DNA of 40,000 nucleotides from Orbus wheelerorum (GCF_036251935.1 NZ_CP133967.1); one strand, 5' to 3'. Counted from the stretch's first letter, positions 18,823-30,033 are shown. A program made the numbers and translations. The notes: generated by a model not told the origin, from the letters alone.

Positions 18823-18877
18823 TGTCGATAATGTCATATGAAATGACATAAAATCAGCAAAAATGTCGAAATGTCAT
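18823..18877. promoter_or_regulatory. Cluster of three related repeats (tgtCGATAATGTCAT / GAAATGACAT / tgtCGAAATGTCAT). Candidate enhancer (UAS) for a sigma54 activator of FhlA/HyfR type.
   Basis: Read directly: 18823-18837, 18840-18849 (inverted relative to the first) and 18864-18877. They lie about 225-290 bp upstream of the candidate -24/-12 promoter and 115-170 bp upstream of the divergent yagU start. The CGAAATG core resembles the FhlA UAS half-site as I remember it. This is unverified. Confidence 0.45.
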
Positions 18878-19099
18878 TTTTTTAATCTAAAAAAAGCATC
18901 TACTATTATTTTCTTAAGTTAGTTTTAGTGCTCCATCGAATCGTTTATTAGATTTAAAAATCATCCCCTATGCTGCCAGTTTTTAACTTTAACATTATGA
19001 TTATTTTATGGTTAATATTAACTATAAAATAATCTTAGCCTCTTTTTTCTGCTCATAATTTTGCTATTAATTAAAGCACGCAGTACTCATTTTTAAAAT

Positions 19100-19115
19100 T
19101 GGTATAAATTTTGCT
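19100..19115 (+). promoter_or_regulatory. Candidate sigma54 (-24/-12) promoter of the hyf operon
   Basis: TGGTATAAATTTTGCT has GG (19101-19102) and GC (19113-19114) separated by exactly 10 nt, fitting TGGCAC-N5-TTGCW. It lies about 60 nt upstream of the hyfA ATG. The E. coli hyf and hyc operons are sigma54-dependent. Confidence 0.6.
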
Positions 19116-19176
19116 ATCTATATTAGTTAGTTACCATAAGCAAAAACTCAAACTAAAATAAAGGAGTATTCATGTT

Positions 19177-19794
19177 ATGAATCGCTTTGTGATAGCAGAG
19201 CCAAGGAAATGCATTGGTTGTAATACTTGCATGGCGGCTTGTATTGAAGTTCATAAAGAGGTCGGGCTCGTTGATCATGCAAGATTGACAGTCGTGCGAG
19301 ATAACAACAACGGAACCGCTCCCGTGCTATGTCGTCATTGTGAGGATGCGCCTTGTGCAAAAGTTTGCCCCGTGAATGCGATAACACATTTTGATCACAC
19401 TATTTTATTGAATGAAAGTTTATGTATTGGCTGCAAATTATGCGGACTTGCTTGTCCATTTGGCGCAATTACCCCAGCGGCAAGCGATCCTGTCGATAAA
19501 CCCCAATGTTATGAGCAATATATACCTGAGTCGATGCTTAATCAATTACCTTCAAGTCCTGCGTCAATGAGCCCTTTTTTGGTTTGGAATGCAGGTAAAA
19601 AGACCATAGCTGTCAAATGTGATTTATGTCATTTTTCGCCATCAGGACCTGCTTGTATAAAGAGTTGCCCAACTGATGCACTTTTTCTAGTTAGCAATGA
19701 TACGATTGATAACGTGGCTAAAATTAAACAACAAACCGTTGCCCTTTCAGCTCAATTAGTTGATGACAACGTTGTTAAGTTGAAAGGGGACTAA
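19177..19794 (+). CDS. hyfA: Hydrogenase-4 component A, multi-[4Fe-4S] ferredoxin-type subunit
   Basis: 205 aa, the same length as E. coli HyfA. It starts MNRFVIAEPRKCIGCNTC and has four Cys clusters (CxxCxxCxxxCP type). It is the first gene of the hyf cluster. Confidence 0.9.
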   Translation: MNRFVIAEPRKCIGCNTCMAACIEVHKEVGLVDHARLTVVRDNNNGTAPVLCRHCEDAPCAKVCPVNAITHFDHTILLNESLCIGCKLCGLACPFGAITPAASDPVDKPQCYEQYIPESMLNQLPSSPASMSPFLVWNAGKKTIAVKCDLCHFSPSGPACIKSCPTDALFLVSNDTIDNVAKIKQQTVALSAQLVDDNVVKLKGD

Positions 19795-19796
19795 TT

Positions 19797-21833
19797 ATGC
19801 CATCAAGTTTTAGCTTATTATTACTCTCTATTGTTATTTATGGGCTCGGCGCGCTCGGTTCGCTTTTATTTACCAAACAGCAACGAGCCTCCATCTACCT
19901 TGCCGGTATTTTTGGTATAACGGCAGCTGTGGTCGGATTGCTTGCTGTTTTTCCAACACTGCTTTTTGGTGATATTTATCAGTATTCTTTAACGAGTCCT
20001 TTTGCTTTTTCTGACTGTCCATTATTACTCGATCGGCTTGCTGCCTTTATGATTGCAGTTATCTCTTTATTAGCGTTAATCACTTCGTTGTACTCGTTAT
20101 CTTACGTTCAAGAATATATTGGTAAGGGCGCTAGTGCGATGGGCTTTTTTATGAATTTATTTATCGCATCAATGGTGATATTGATGGTGGTGGATAATGC
20201 ATTTTATTTTATTATTTTTTTTGAAATCATGTCACTTGCGTCATATTTTCTTGTTATTTCAGAACAAGATGAAAAGGCGATTAAAGCTGGATTTATCTAT
20301 TTTCTTATTGCGCATGCTGGCTCAGTGCTAATTATGGCATCGTTCTTTTTACTCTATCAACAATCAGGTAGCTTTAATTTTGCCAGTTTTCGTATATTAG
20401 ATTGTTCACCTGCTATATCTTCAATAGTCTTTTTGTTAGCATTTTTTGGCTTTGGTGCTAAAGCTGGCATGATGCCACTACATGGTTGGCTACCCAAAGC
20501 TCACCCAGCAGCCCCTTCTCATGCCTCAGCACTTATGTCTGGCGTGATGGTTAAAATAGGGGTATTTGGCATTATAAAAGTTGGTATCGATTTATTAGGT
20601 GCAACGCAGCTATGGTGGGGGATTGTGGTATTAGCATTTGGCTCTATTTCTGCCGTACTTGGTGTTTTGTATGCATTAGCTGAGCATGACATAAAACGTT
20701 TGCTTGCTTATCATACCGTTGAAAATGTCGGTATTATTTTAATGGGCGTTGGCGTTGGTATGATAGGCATTTCACTCAATTCACCAATATTAGCGGTACT
20801 TGGTCTATTAGGGGCACTATATCATTTATTAAACCACGCAATTTTTAAAGGATTACTATTCTTAGGTGCTGGGGCTGTTATTTATCGCTTACACACTAAA
20901 GATATGGAAAAAATGGGAGGGCTAGCCAAAATGATGCCTTATACCGCAATGGCATTTTTAATTGGCTGTATGGCTATTTCTGCTCTCCCTCCTTTAAATG
21001 GCTTTATTAGTGAATGGTATACCTATCAATCGCTTTTTAGTCTAACTAACGCAAGTCATCTATTTCTCAAAATTGCAGGTCCAATCGCAATTGTCATGTT
21101 AGCAATAACTGGCGCACTCGCTGCAATGTGCTTTGTTAAAGTCTATGGGATCTGTTTTTGTGGCAATCCTAAAACAGAACAAGCCGCTAAAGCAACGGAA
21201 GTGCCATTTTCTATGATTAGTGCAATGTTGCTGTTAGCTCTACTATGCCTTGCACTTGGTATTGGGGCTTTTATGGTTGCGCCGCTGATTTCAGATATTG
21301 CCATACAATTAGTTACGCCTCATATGTTGCAAGGTACTAATAATATTGTTGTTAATCACGGGACAATGCTGATCCCTGGCGACGTTGCACAAGCTCAGCT
21401 TTCACCTGTATTAATTTTTGTTCTATTAACTGGATTAATTATTTTACCGCTTATTATTTATGGCATAACACGTCGTTACCGCCTAGCGTTTCGCCATCAA
21501 GGTGATCCATGGGCATGTGGCTATCAATATGAAAATGATATGGCGCAGTCGGCAGGTAATTTTACTCAGCCGCTGCGTTTTATGTTTGCGCCGCTTTACC
21601 GCCTACGCCAGTTTTTTGACTTTGGTACTTGGTCTAAGGTTTGTGTTGATAAGTTGACCGATTGGGCAAGAAAAATTGAGCCATTATGGGATGGAAAAAT
21701 TATCGATAGAGTGGTCAATTTTGTCCAAGTTGTTGGACAGAGAGTACAAATATTGCAGCAAGGGAATTATAGAATTTATAGCCTATATATCGTCGTTGCT
21801 TTAGTTATTTTACTATTGCTAACCATGTTATAG
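19797..21833 (+). CDS. hyfB: Hydrogenase-4 membrane subunit HyfB (NuoL/HycC-like antiporter-type subunit)
   Basis: 678 aa polytopic protein (E. coli HyfB is ~672 aa). It has the Mrp/Nuo antiporter-like core (MPLHGWLPKAHPAAPSHASALMSG). Its start is 2 nt after the hyfA stop. Confidence 0.9.
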   Translation: MPSSFSLLLLSIVIYGLGALGSLLFTKQQRASIYLAGIFGITAAVVGLLAVFPTLLFGDIYQYSLTSPFAFSDCPLLLDRLAAFMIAVISLLALITSLYSLSYVQEYIGKGASAMGFFMNLFIASMVILMVVDNAFYFIIFFEIMSLASYFLVISEQDEKAIKAGFIYFLIAHAGSVLIMASFFLLYQQSGSFNFASFRILDCSPAISSIVFLLAFFGFGAKAGMMPLHGWLPKAHPAAPSHASALMSGVMVKIGVFGIIKVGIDLLGATQLWWGIVVLAFGSISAVLGVLYALAEHDIKRLLAYHTVENVGIILMGVGVGMIGISLNSPILAVLGLLGALYHLLNHAIFKGLLFLGAGAVIYRLHTKDMEKMGGLAKMMPYTAMAFLIGCMAISALPPLNGFISEWYTYQSLFSLTNASHLFLKIAGPIAIVMLAITGALAAMCFVKVYGICFCGNPKTEQAAKATEVPFSMISAMLLLALLCLALGIGAFMVAPLISDIAIQLVTPHMLQGTNNIVVNHGTMLIPGDVAQAQLSPVLIFVLLTGLIILPLIIYGITRRYRLAFRHQGDPWACGYQYENDMAQSAGNFTQPLRFMFAPLYRLRQFFDFGTWSKVCVDKLTDWARKIEPLWDGKIIDRVVNFVQVVGQRVQILQQGNYRIYSLYIVVALVILLLLTML

Positions 21834-21845
21834 GGGGAGAAAAGC

Positions 21846-22781
21846 ATGAATTTTGATTTAACATCTCTATGTTGGCTGCTAATTGGATTATTACAAGGAT
21901 TAATATTGATAATTATTGCGCCTTTAATGGCTGGCATATCTCGGCAAATCAAAGCTCGTATGCAGTCAAGGCGAGGCCCAGGCATATTACAAGAATATCG
22001 AGATATTATTAAACTATTTACAAGGCAAGATGTTGCGCCGAAGAATGCCGGTTTTATTTTTAGAGTAATGCCCTTTATTGTAATTGGTTCGATGCTATTA
22101 CTGGCAACTATTTTACCGATAATCACAGTCGGTTCACCCTTAGGCTCGATTGCTGATCTTATCGCGATTATTTATATATTTGCCATCTTTCGTTTCTTTT
22201 TCTCGTTATCAGGACTTGACTCGGGTAGCCCATTTGCTGGGATCGGTGCTAGCCGTGAGTTAATGTTAGGTATTTTGGTTGAACCAATTTTAATGCTTGC
22301 TCTTATTGTCGTTGCAATTATCGCTGGCACAACTAATGTCACACAAATAAACCTCTTTTTTATTGAGCAGTGGGGCGGTCAAGCGCCAACCGCGGCTATA
22401 CTCGCTTTAGCTGCATGTGCATTTGCAGTGTTTATTGAGATGGGTAAAATTCCATTTGATTATGCTGAGGCTGAGCAAGAGTTACAAGAAGGGCCATTAA
22501 CAGAGTATTCAGGTGCAAGCCTTGCATTAGTTAAAATTGGTTTAAGCCTAAAACAAATTGTTATTGTGAGCTTATTTTTAGCGATTTTTTTCCCATCACC
22601 TGACGTCAATATTTTTTTCTTGCTAGGGCTATTTTTAATTAAATTATTCGTTGTCTTTGTGATCGCTTGCCTGATTGAAAATAGCTTATGTCGAGGGCGC
22701 TTTTTACTGACGTCAAGAGTTACGTGGACGGGCTTTGGCGTGTCAGTATTAGCTTATGTTTTTTACCTTGTAAGCTTATAA
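21846..22781 (+). CDS. hyfC: Hydrogenase-4 membrane subunit HyfC (NuoH/HycD-like)
   Basis: 311 aa polytopic protein with a NuoH-like motif (PFDYAEAEQELQEGPLTEYSG). RBS GGGGGAG precedes the ATG. Confidence 0.9.
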   Translation: MNFDLTSLCWLLIGLLQGLILIIIAPLMAGISRQIKARMQSRRGPGILQEYRDIIKLFTRQDVAPKNAGFIFRVMPFIVIGSMLLLATILPIITVGSPLGSIADLIAIIYIFAIFRFFFSLSGLDSGSPFAGIGASRELMLGILVEPILMLALIVVAIIAGTTNVTQINLFFIEQWGGQAPTAAILALAACAFAVFIEMGKIPFDYAEAEQELQEGPLTEYSGASLALVKIGLSLKQIVIVSLFLAIFFPSPDVNIFFLLGLFLIKLFVVFVIACLIENSLCRGRFLLTSRVTWTGFGVSVLAYVFYLVSL

Positions 22782-22799
22782 AAAGGAGATCAAAATAAT

Positions 22800-24254
22800 A
22801 TGGAAAATATTGCAATTTTAACGGTCCTTGGCCCCTTTATCGGCGCATTTATTATCGCTTGTTTACCGTATAGTATGTCTCGCTTTTTAGGCGTAGTAGT
22901 CTCTTTATTTGCATCAATTGGGATCGCGCTATTAGGCTATATACTCTTAAACAGTCATGAAGTAAGTTATCACTTTATACTACTTAATATTGGTGAGACT
23001 GAAGTTTTAGGTATTGTCGCCGATAAAGTCAGTACTTTAATTGGATTTGCGGTGGTCTTTTTGGGATTTCTTATTTGTGTTTATTCCACCGCTTACCTGA
23101 CTAAACAAAATCGAGAACATCCCCATGAAGGAACAAAGCGCTATTACGCTTTATTAATGGTATTTATTGGTGCGATGGCGGGATTAGTTCTTTCATCAAC
23201 TTTAGTTGGTCAATTACTATTTTTCGAAATTACGGGAGGATGCTCCTGGGCATTAATTGGCTATTATCAAACAGCGAAATCACAGCGCTCAGCACTTAAA
23301 GCATTACTTGTTACTCATGTTGCCGCATTAGGCCTTTATTTAGCCGCCTCATGGTTATTTGTTGAAACGGGTACCTTTGCTTTAACATCGATTGCTCAAG
23401 TTAATGATACCGCTAAAATTATTATTGTTGGCGGCATTTTATTTGCTGCGTGGGGAAAATCAGCACAGCTACCATTACATGTTTGGTTACCTGATGCGAT
23501 GGAAGCACCAACGCCCGTAAGTGCTTATTTACATGCTGCGTCAATGGTTAAAGTCGGTGTCTATATTTTTGCTAGGGCAATTATGTCATCGGGTCATATT
23601 CCGATAATTATTGGTGAAGTTGGTATGGTCTTGTCCGCGATTAGCTTGGTATATGGATTTGTGATGTATCTACCACAAACAGATATGAAGCGTTTGTTAG
23701 CCTATTCAACAATCACCCAGCTTTCCTATATCTTTTTCGCTTTCTCTTTAGCTATTTATGGTTTTGGCACAGTATATGGAAAAATGGCTTTTGAAGGCGG
23801 CATTGTGTATATCTTCAACCATGCTTTTGCTAAAAGTCTCTTTTTCTTAGTTGCAGGGGCGCTAAGCTTTAGCTGTGGCACGCGAATGTTACCTAAATTA
23901 AAAGGTATTATTACCGTTTTACCGCTACTTGGTATTGGTTTTTGCGTTGCAGCTCTCGCAATTTCAGGTGTACCGCCTTTTAATGGTTTCTTTAGCAAAT
24001 ACCCTATTTTTGCAGCGGGTTTTGGTCTATTTAATGGTAATTGGCTCATTATGGCATTATTAATCATTATTTTAATTGAATCAGTTGGCAGTTTTGCTTG
24101 GTTTTTATATTGGTTTGGTAAAGCCGTGCCAGGTAAACCATCTGATGACGTTGCTAACGCATCACCGGTTCCTTTTGCGATGAAGGCGGTAATTATTATT
24201 CTTATTGTTATGTCACTGTGCTCAAGTGTGATTGCCTCACTCTGGTTAAATTAA
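22800..24254 (+). CDS. hyfD: Hydrogenase-4 membrane subunit HyfD (NuoM/N-like antiporter-type subunit, Hyd-4-specific)
   Basis: 484 aa with an antiporter-like core (LPLHVWLPDAMEAPTPVSAYLHAASMVK). RBS AAGGAG. Position in the operon is as in E. coli hyf. Confidence 0.88.
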   Translation: MENIAILTVLGPFIGAFIIACLPYSMSRFLGVVVSLFASIGIALLGYILLNSHEVSYHFILLNIGETEVLGIVADKVSTLIGFAVVFLGFLICVYSTAYLTKQNREHPHEGTKRYYALLMVFIGAMAGLVLSSTLVGQLLFFEITGGCSWALIGYYQTAKSQRSALKALLVTHVAALGLYLAASWLFVETGTFALTSIAQVNDTAKIIIVGGILFAAWGKSAQLPLHVWLPDAMEAPTPVSAYLHAASMVKVGVYIFARAIMSSGHIPIIIGEVGMVLSAISLVYGFVMYLPQTDMKRLLAYSTITQLSYIFFAFSLAIYGFGTVYGKMAFEGGIVYIFNHAFAKSLFFLVAGALSFSCGTRMLPKLKGIITVLPLLGIGFCVAALAISGVPPFNGFFSKYPIFAAGFGLFNGNWLIMALLIIILIESVGSFAWFLYWFGKAVPGKPSDDVANASPVPFAMKAVIIILIVMSLCSSVIASLWLN

Positions 24255-24268
24255 AAGGAAAACTAAGC

Positions 24269-24919
24269 ATGACTGAATCTTTTATTATCAATAATTTAGC
24301 TGGTATGTTGGTTGTGACATCGATTTTGCTTATTTTGGTCAAGCGATTGATCACATCAATTATCGTATTTTCACTACAGTCAGCGATATTAGTCACGATT
24401 TTTTTCGTTATCGCCTATTTTATGGATGCGCATGAGTTATATAGCTGGGCGATAACCTCAATTGTGACTAAAGTCATTTTAGTTCCCTCAATTCTTTATT
24501 TAGCTTTTCATAAGATAAAAGAGAGCAATGCTAGCTATAAGGCGATACCAATTCCCATTATCATTTTGTTAGCCGCAATCATTTTACTGGTTTGTTACTT
24601 TGTTGTTGCGCCAGTAAAACTCCCTTTAACGCAAACATTAAAACCCGTTTTAGCCGTTTCGCTAGCACTGTTCTTTATTGGGCTTATGTGCATTATTAGT
24701 CAACGCAATATTGTTAAACAAATTTTTGGTTATTGTTTAATGGAAAATGGCTCGCACTTAACGCTGTCATTATTAGCGTTTCGCGTACCCGAGCTAGTTG
24801 AAATTGGCGTCACAACTGATGCCATTTTTGCCGTCATCATTATGTCGTATTTTGCTAAACGCATTTATCGAGATTTAAGAACATTAGATGCAAATAAACT
24901 TAATGTATTAAAAGGATAG
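24269..24919 (+). CDS. hyfE: Hydrogenase-4 small membrane subunit HyfE
   Basis: I prefer the ATG at 24269 (RBS AAGGAAA), which gives 216 aa, the E. coli HyfE length. The ORF-track start at 24218 would overlap hyfD by 37 nt. The protein is polytopic and hydrophobic. Confidence 0.85.
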   Translation: MTESFIINNLAGMLVVTSILLILVKRLITSIIVFSLQSAILVTIFFVIAYFMDAHELYSWAITSIVTKVILVPSILYLAFHKIKESNASYKAIPIPIIILLAAIILLVCYFVVAPVKLPLTQTLKPVLAVSLALFFIGLMCIISQRNIVKQIFGYCLMENGSHLTLSLLAFRVPELVEIGVTTDAIFAVIIMSYFAKRIYRDLRTLDANKLNVLKG

Positions 24920-24924
24920 TTGTT

Positions 24925-26517
24925 ATGAACGGAACTGAAATTATCTATCTGTTACTTGCAACCCCATTATTGTTTGCAACGTTAGCCTTTTTAGCCTGTT
25001 TACTCGGTAAATTGGCAACGAGTTTGGTGACGTTAATCAATTTTATCGGTGTTTTGGTATTATTGATTTTATCTGGATTAACCGTTTATATCATTTTTTG
25101 TGAAGGTCAGATTTTATCAGCTAACTTATGGTGGCACGTTGACGCTTTGAGCGGCATATTCATCGCGCTTTTAGGTATAATCGGTTTTATTACCGCAATG
25201 TACTCGATTGGTTATATGAACCATGAACTTCGTCATGGTGAAATTTCTGTCCGCGGCCTTTGCTGTTATTACGGTTTTTTCCAGCTATTTTTATTCACTA
25301 TGTTACTTGCAATCACAACCAATAATTTGATTGTGATGTGGGTTGCCATTGAGGCGACAACACTTAGTTCGACTTTTTTAGTTGGATTATATGGGCAAAA
25401 ATCGTCTTTAGAAGCAGCATGGAAATATATCATTATATGTACGATTGGTGTGGCATTTGGGCTTTATGGCACAGTATTAGTGTATGCCGATGCGGCAAGT
25501 TTAATGACCGATCCGAGCCTAGCTGTTTTTTGGACCGAAGTTGTCAAGTATCCTGAAATTTTTGACCCAACATTAATGCATATTGCTTTTGTTTTTATAT
25601 TACTCGGGTTTGGTACAAAAATGGGGTTATTCCCAATGCATGCTTGGCTTCCTGATGCACATAGTGAAGCTCCTAGCCCAGCAAGTGCATTGTTATCTGC
25701 TGTGTTACTCAATTGTGCCCTATTAGTTGTATTGCGTTATTTTATTATTATTGCTGGTGTTATTGGCGATAGTTTTCCAAAAATGTTACTTCTAATATTA
25801 GGGTTTTTATCTGTTGGTTTTGCTGCATTTTTTATTATTGTCCAGCGTGATATCAAACGGTTGCTCGCCTATTCCAGTGTTGAGAATATGGGATTAATTG
25901 CGATAGCAATCGCTATAGGGGGACCATTAGGGACCTTTGCAGCATTATTGCATACCATTAACCATAGTTTAGCTAAGACTTTACTGTTCTGCGGATCGGG
26001 TAATATCTTATTAAAATATGGTACCCGTGATATGTCGGTAGTCAAAGGCCTATTAAAAATAGCGCCAATAACCTCAGTATTATTTATTGCTGGTGCCTTA
26101 GCGCTTGGTGGAATGCCGCCTTTTAATGTGTTTGTTAGTGAATTTATGCTGGTTATTGCATCCATTCAATCAGGTTCAATATGGCTAACGGTATTGTTAT
26201 TACTTTTATTGACGGTGGTACTTGGCGGCTTAGTTAAAATGGCTGCTAAAGTCAGTTTTGGTGTACCTCCCGAGGCAGTTTCTAAAGGAGAGCTTGGCTT
26301 TATGGCTGTTGCACCAATGGCGATATTGTTAGCATTAATGTTATTAATGGGCACCTATATTCCCCCTTCAGTAAAAGATTATATCCATCGAGCGACAGAG
26401 ATCATTATGATTTCATCTCAATTTGAGCTAGTTAAAGCTAGCGAACAACCGCTTCATAATCAAATTAATTTATCAAAATTAGAGCTAGTGTCATTAGGAC
26501 AAGGGAGCGCGCAGTGA
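24925..26517 (+). CDS. hyfF: Hydrogenase-4 membrane subunit HyfF (NuoN/M-like antiporter-type subunit, Hyd-4-specific)
   Basis: 530 aa with an antiporter-like core ([28 protein letters not shown]). Confidence 0.88.
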   Translation: MNGTEIIYLLLATPLLFATLAFLACLLGKLATSLVTLINFIGVLVLLILSGLTVYIIFCEGQILSANLWWHVDALSGIFIALLGIIGFITAMYSIGYMNHELRHGEISVRGLCCYYGFFQLFLFTMLLAITTNNLIVMWVAIEATTLSSTFLVGLYGQKSSLEAAWKYIIICTIGVAFGLYGTVLVYADAASLMTDPSLAVFWTEVVKYPEIFDPTLMHIAFVFILLGFGTKMGLFPMHAWLPDAHSEAPSPASALLSAVLLNCALLVVLRYFIIIAGVIGDSFPKMLLLILGFLSVGFAAFFIIVQRDIKRLLAYSSVENMGLIAIAIAIGGPLGTFAALLHTINHSLAKTLLFCGSGNILLKYGTRDMSVVKGLLKIAPITSVLFIAGALALGGMPPFNVFVSEFMLVIASIQSGSIWLTVLLLLLLTVVLGGLVKMAAKVSFGVPPEAVSKGELGFMAVAPMAILLALMLLMGTYIPPSVKDYIHRATEIIMISSQFELVKASEQPLHNQINLSKLELVSLGQGSAQ

Positions 26518-28259
26518 TGAAAAATTTAGGACAAACAGGGCATAATTCTAGAGATAAAAACCTGGGTGATAGCTACATTATTAGTGTTAGGCAACGTTTT
26601 CCACATGCGATTTTAGATGAAGAAAGGCAAACTTATAATCAGCTCACCATCACCGTTGATCTAAATAGTTTACCGAAGATTGTTGCTTATCTCTATTATG
26701 ATTTGGGCGGTTTTTTACCGGTGCTTTTTGGTAACGATGAAAGGTCATTACACGGTAATTTTGCTATTTATTATGCCTTATCAATGGAACAAGGTGAAAA
26801 ATGTTGGATAGTTGTTAAAGCATTCGTTGATCCTGTTAGCGCTGAATTTCCATCTGTAACGCCGCTTGTTCCTGCTGCAGTCTGGGGGGAGCGTGAAATT
26901 CGTGATATGTATGGTTTAGAGCCAGTTGGGATCCCTGATGCGCGCCGTTTAGTTTTGCCAGATGATTGGCCTGATGAGCTTTATCCATTACGTAAAGATT
27001 CGATGGATTATCGTCAGAGGCCAGCACCAACAACGGACAACGATACTTATCCTTTTTTAAATGAACTTGGCGATAAGAGTAATCGTATTGTTCCGATCGG
27101 CCCAATGCATATTACCTCTGATGAACCAGGGCATTTTAGGTTATTTGTTGATGGTGAACGGATTATTGATGCTGATTATCGATTGTTTTATGTTCATCGT
27201 GGAATGGAGAAGTTAGCTGAAAATCGGATGGGATACAATGAAGTCACTTTTTTAGCTGATCGCGTCTGTGGTATTTGTGGCTATGCGCATAGCGTTGCTT
27301 ATGCTAATTCAATTGAAAATGCGCTGGGGATCGAAGTGCCGATGCGTGGCCAAATGATCCGCAGTGTGTTACTTGAAGTTGAGCGCTTGCATAGTCATTT
27401 GCTTAATCTAGGATTGAGCTGTCATTTTACGGGTTTTGATGGCGGTTTTCAGCAGTTTTTTCGTGTGAGAGAAAAAGCCATGGTGATAGCCGAACTCCTC
27501 ACTGGCGCTCGAAAAACTTATGGTATGAATCTTATTGGAGGGATCCGCCGTGACATATTAAAAGATGCACGATTAGAAACAATATTACTCTTGCAAGAGA
27601 TGCGTAAAGAAGTGATGACACTAGTCGATATGTTAGTGAGCACGCCTAATTTTGAACAGCGAACGAAAGGTGTTGGCATTTTAGATAAAAAAATTGCCCG
27701 CGACTTTAGCCCTGTAGGGCCATTAATTCGAGCCAGCGGTTTTAAACGCGATGTCCGTTTTGATCACCCTTATACTGGTTATCAATTGCTGCCAAAAAAC
27801 TTAATTAGTTATGATAGCTGTGATGTAGCGGCGCGGGTATTTGTTCGCATCGAAGAGACATTAGATTCAATTGCGATGTGTGAATATGCCTTAGATAATT
27901 TACCGCAGGGGCCACTATTAGTTGAAGGTTTTACGTATAAGCCAAATAAATTTGCTTTAGGATTTACTGAAGCTCCTCGAGGAGAAGATGTCCATTGGAG
28001 CATGACAGGGAATAATCAAAAATTATTCCGTTGGCGTTGTAGGGCGGCAACTTATGCCAACTGGCCAGTACTTAAATATATGCTACGTGGTAATACGGTT
28101 TCAGATGCTCCATTAATTATTGGTAGTCTTGATCCTTGTTACTCTTGTACAGACCGCGTAACACTTGTTGACGTACGTAAACAAAAATCGGTTACGGTTC
28201 CTTACAAAGAAATTGAACGTTATGGAATTGAGCGAGTAAATTCTCCGGTTAAAGGATAG
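26517..28259 (+). CDS. hyfG: [NiFe] hydrogenase-4 large (catalytic) subunit HyfG, a NuoC-NuoD-like fusion
   Basis: N-terminal Ni-binding motif RVCGICGYAH. C-terminal motif DPCYSCTDR is followed by a 32-aa extension (VTLVDVRKQKSVTVPYKEIERYGIERVNSPVKG), as in HycE/HyfG precursors cleaved by HycI. The ATG at 26517 overlaps the hyfF TGA (TGATG). The in-frame GTG at 26514 is an alternative start. Confidence 0.93.
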   Translation: MKNLGQTGHNSRDKNLGDSYIISVRQRFPHAILDEERQTYNQLTITVDLNSLPKIVAYLYYDLGGFLPVLFGNDERSLHGNFAIYYALSMEQGEKCWIVVKAFVDPVSAEFPSVTPLVPAAVWGEREIRDMYGLEPVGIPDARRLVLPDDWPDELYPLRKDSMDYRQRPAPTTDNDTYPFLNELGDKSNRIVPIGPMHITSDEPGHFRLFVDGERIIDADYRLFYVHRGMEKLAENRMGYNEVTFLADRVCGICGYAHSVAYANSIENALGIEVPMRGQMIRSVLLEVERLHSHLLNLGLSCHFTGFDGGFQQFFRVREKAMVIAELLTGARKTYGMNLIGGIRRDILKDARLETILLLQEMRKEVMTLVDMLVSTPNFEQRTKGVGILDKKIARDFSPVGPLIRASGFKRDVRFDHPYTGYQLLPKNLISYDSCDVAARVFVRIEETLDSIAMCEYALDNLPQGPLLVEGFTYKPNKFALGFTEAPRGEDVHWSMTGNNQKLFRWRCRAATYANWPVLKYMLRGNTVSDAPLIIGSLDPCYSCTDRVTLVDVRKQKSVTVPYKEIERYGIERVNSPVKG

Positions 28260-28269
28260 AGAGGCTACG

Positions 28270-28824
28270 ATGTTAAAATTGCTAAAAATTCTCGCCAAAA
28301 CAGGTGATGTTACCGTTAAATATCCGTTTAAACCACTCGATTTACCCGATGGTTTTCGGGGTAAACCAAAATACCAACCGGATCAATGCATTGCTTGTGC
28401 TGCGTGTACGACGGCTTGCCCTGCTAATGCGTTAACGATGGAAACGGATCTAAAGTCTGGAACGCGTACGTGGCAACTTTTTGTTGGTCGATGTATTTTC
28501 TGCGCTAGGTGTGAAGAAGTATGTCCAACAAGAGCAATTGAATTATCTCAAGAATTTGAATTAGCCGTGACCAATAAGCAAGATCTGTATGAAACAGCAA
28601 TATTTAGTTTAACATCTTGCCGAGTATGTCGGCGCTACTTTGCCCCGCAAAAAGAGATCGACTATGTGATGGCTTTACTCGTTCAATCTGGTATGGATAT
28701 TAATGAAATTGAAAGTCGTCGGGACCAATTTGAAACCTGTCCTGATTGTAAGCGTAGGCAAAATGTTGTTGGTGAAGAAAATGTTATTTTAAGTCAACAT
28801 ATTGAGCTAGGAGTTAAGCTATGA
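28270..28824 (+). CDS. hyfH: Hydrogenase-4 2x[4Fe-4S] subunit HyfH (HycF/NuoI-like)
   Basis: 184 aa with two ferredoxin motifs ([12 protein letters not shown] and [12 protein letters not shown]), plus a C-terminal CxxC...CxxC pair as in HycF. Confidence 0.9.
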   Translation: MLKLLKILAKTGDVTVKYPFKPLDLPDGFRGKPKYQPDQCIACAACTTACPANALTMETDLKSGTRTWQLFVGRCIFCARCEEVCPTRAIELSQEFELAVTNKQDLYETAIFSLTSCRVCRRYFAPQKEIDYVMALLVQSGMDINEIESRRDQFETCPDCKRRQNVVGEENVILSQHIELGVKL

Positions 28825-29621
28825 ATATGAAAAATAATCAATTAAATTCAAATTATGATCATCATCGTTTAACGCCAATAACCATTGATGAACACACTAA
28901 AAAATTAAAAGAAACATTATTAAAAAAAATCAAACGTTCAGCCTATGTTTATCGGGTTGACTGCGGTGGTTGTAATGGCTGTGAAATTGAGATTTTTGCT
29001 GCAATAACGCCACTTTTTGACGCAGAGCGATTTGGTATAAAAGTCGTTCCATCCCCTAGGCATGCTGATATTTTAATTTTTACTGGCGCGGTAACACGTT
29101 CAATGAGAATGCCGGCTTTACGCGCTTACCATAGTGCTCCTGATCCTAAAATTTGTCTCTCTTATGGCGCATGCGGTTGTGGTGGCGGAATTTTTCATGA
29201 TCTTTATTGCGTTTGGGGCGGGAGTGATAATATTGTGCCGATAGATGTCTATATTCCAGGCTGTCCGCCAACCCCCGCTGCAACAATATACGGTTTTGCA
29301 ATGGCGCTTGGTTTACTCGAACAAAAATTGCATGGCAAAACCAACGATCAGACTCACATAACTCATCCCTCATTGATTTACTCTGATATTCCTTTATCAA
29401 TTCGAGTAACCGTTGAACGTGAAGCAAGAATTTTAGCTGGTTATTATAAAGGCAAGCAAATTAGCGATAAAATTATGCAGATATTAGGGTCATCATCCCC
29501 TTACGAATTTGACAATCAAATTAGTCAATGGTTGTCGCAAGAAAGTGATCCTCGTTTGACAGAAATTGTCATCGCATTAAAAGAGACCTGCGCAAAAGCG
29601 CTACAAGGTGAAAGACAATGA
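28821..29621 (+). CDS. hyfI: Hydrogenase-4 small subunit HyfI (HycG/NuoB-like)
   Basis: 266 aa with NuoB-type cluster ligands ([26 protein letters not shown]). 4-nt ATGA overlap with hyfH. Confidence 0.9.
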   Translation: MNMKNNQLNSNYDHHRLTPITIDEHTKKLKETLLKKIKRSAYVYRVDCGGCNGCEIEIFAAITPLFDAERFGIKVVPSPRHADILIFTGAVTRSMRMPALRAYHSAPDPKICLSYGACGCGGGIFHDLYCVWGGSDNIVPIDVYIPGCPPTPAATIYGFAMALGLLEQKLHGKTNDQTHITHPSLIYSDIPLSIRVTVEREARILAGYYKGKQISDKIMQILGSSSPYEFDNQISQWLSQESDPRLTEIVIALKETCAKALQGERQ

Positions 29622-30031
29622 CTGAGCATGTTTTATTTTATTCTTTAAATAAAAAATTTGTTGAGCAAGAAAACGATATTCCCGAGCATGCCCAGCAAGT
29701 GATGTATTACTCTTTAGCAATAGGCCATCATGTTGGTGTAATCGATTGTTTTCAAGCAGTAATTAACTGTCCAATTGCGCAGTATAAACAGTGGATTGAT
29801 TATATTGAGGATTCAAGGGAAGCTCATGCAAAGCTTGATAGGCTATTTAAGTTTGGCGAAATTACGGTTGATATTTCCCATGTTAATTTATTAGCTAATG
29901 CTTTTTTAGCCAAATACAAGTTAATCGATGAGCCATTTAAAACTTGGACCGATACTTTACTCTCGTTATTTCAGGCGATGACAAAAGAGCCGGCTATGTA
30001 CTTAATGATTAAACACATTGGGCGGAATTAA
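29618..30031 (+). CDS. hyfJ: HyfJ / HycH-family formate hydrogenlyase maturation protein
   Basis: 137 aa, the E. coli HyfJ length. Position after hyfI and the HycH-like sequence ([12 protein letters not shown]...[19 protein letters not shown]) support the call. 4-nt overlap with hyfI. Confidence 0.8.
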   Translation: MTEHVLFYSLNKKFVEQENDIPEHAQQVMYYSLAIGHHVGVIDCFQAVINCPIAQYKQWIDYIEDSREAHAKLDRLFKFGEITVDISHVNLLANAFLAKYKLIDEPFKTWTDTLLSLFQAMTKEPAMYLMIKHIGRN

Positions 30032-30033
30032 TT

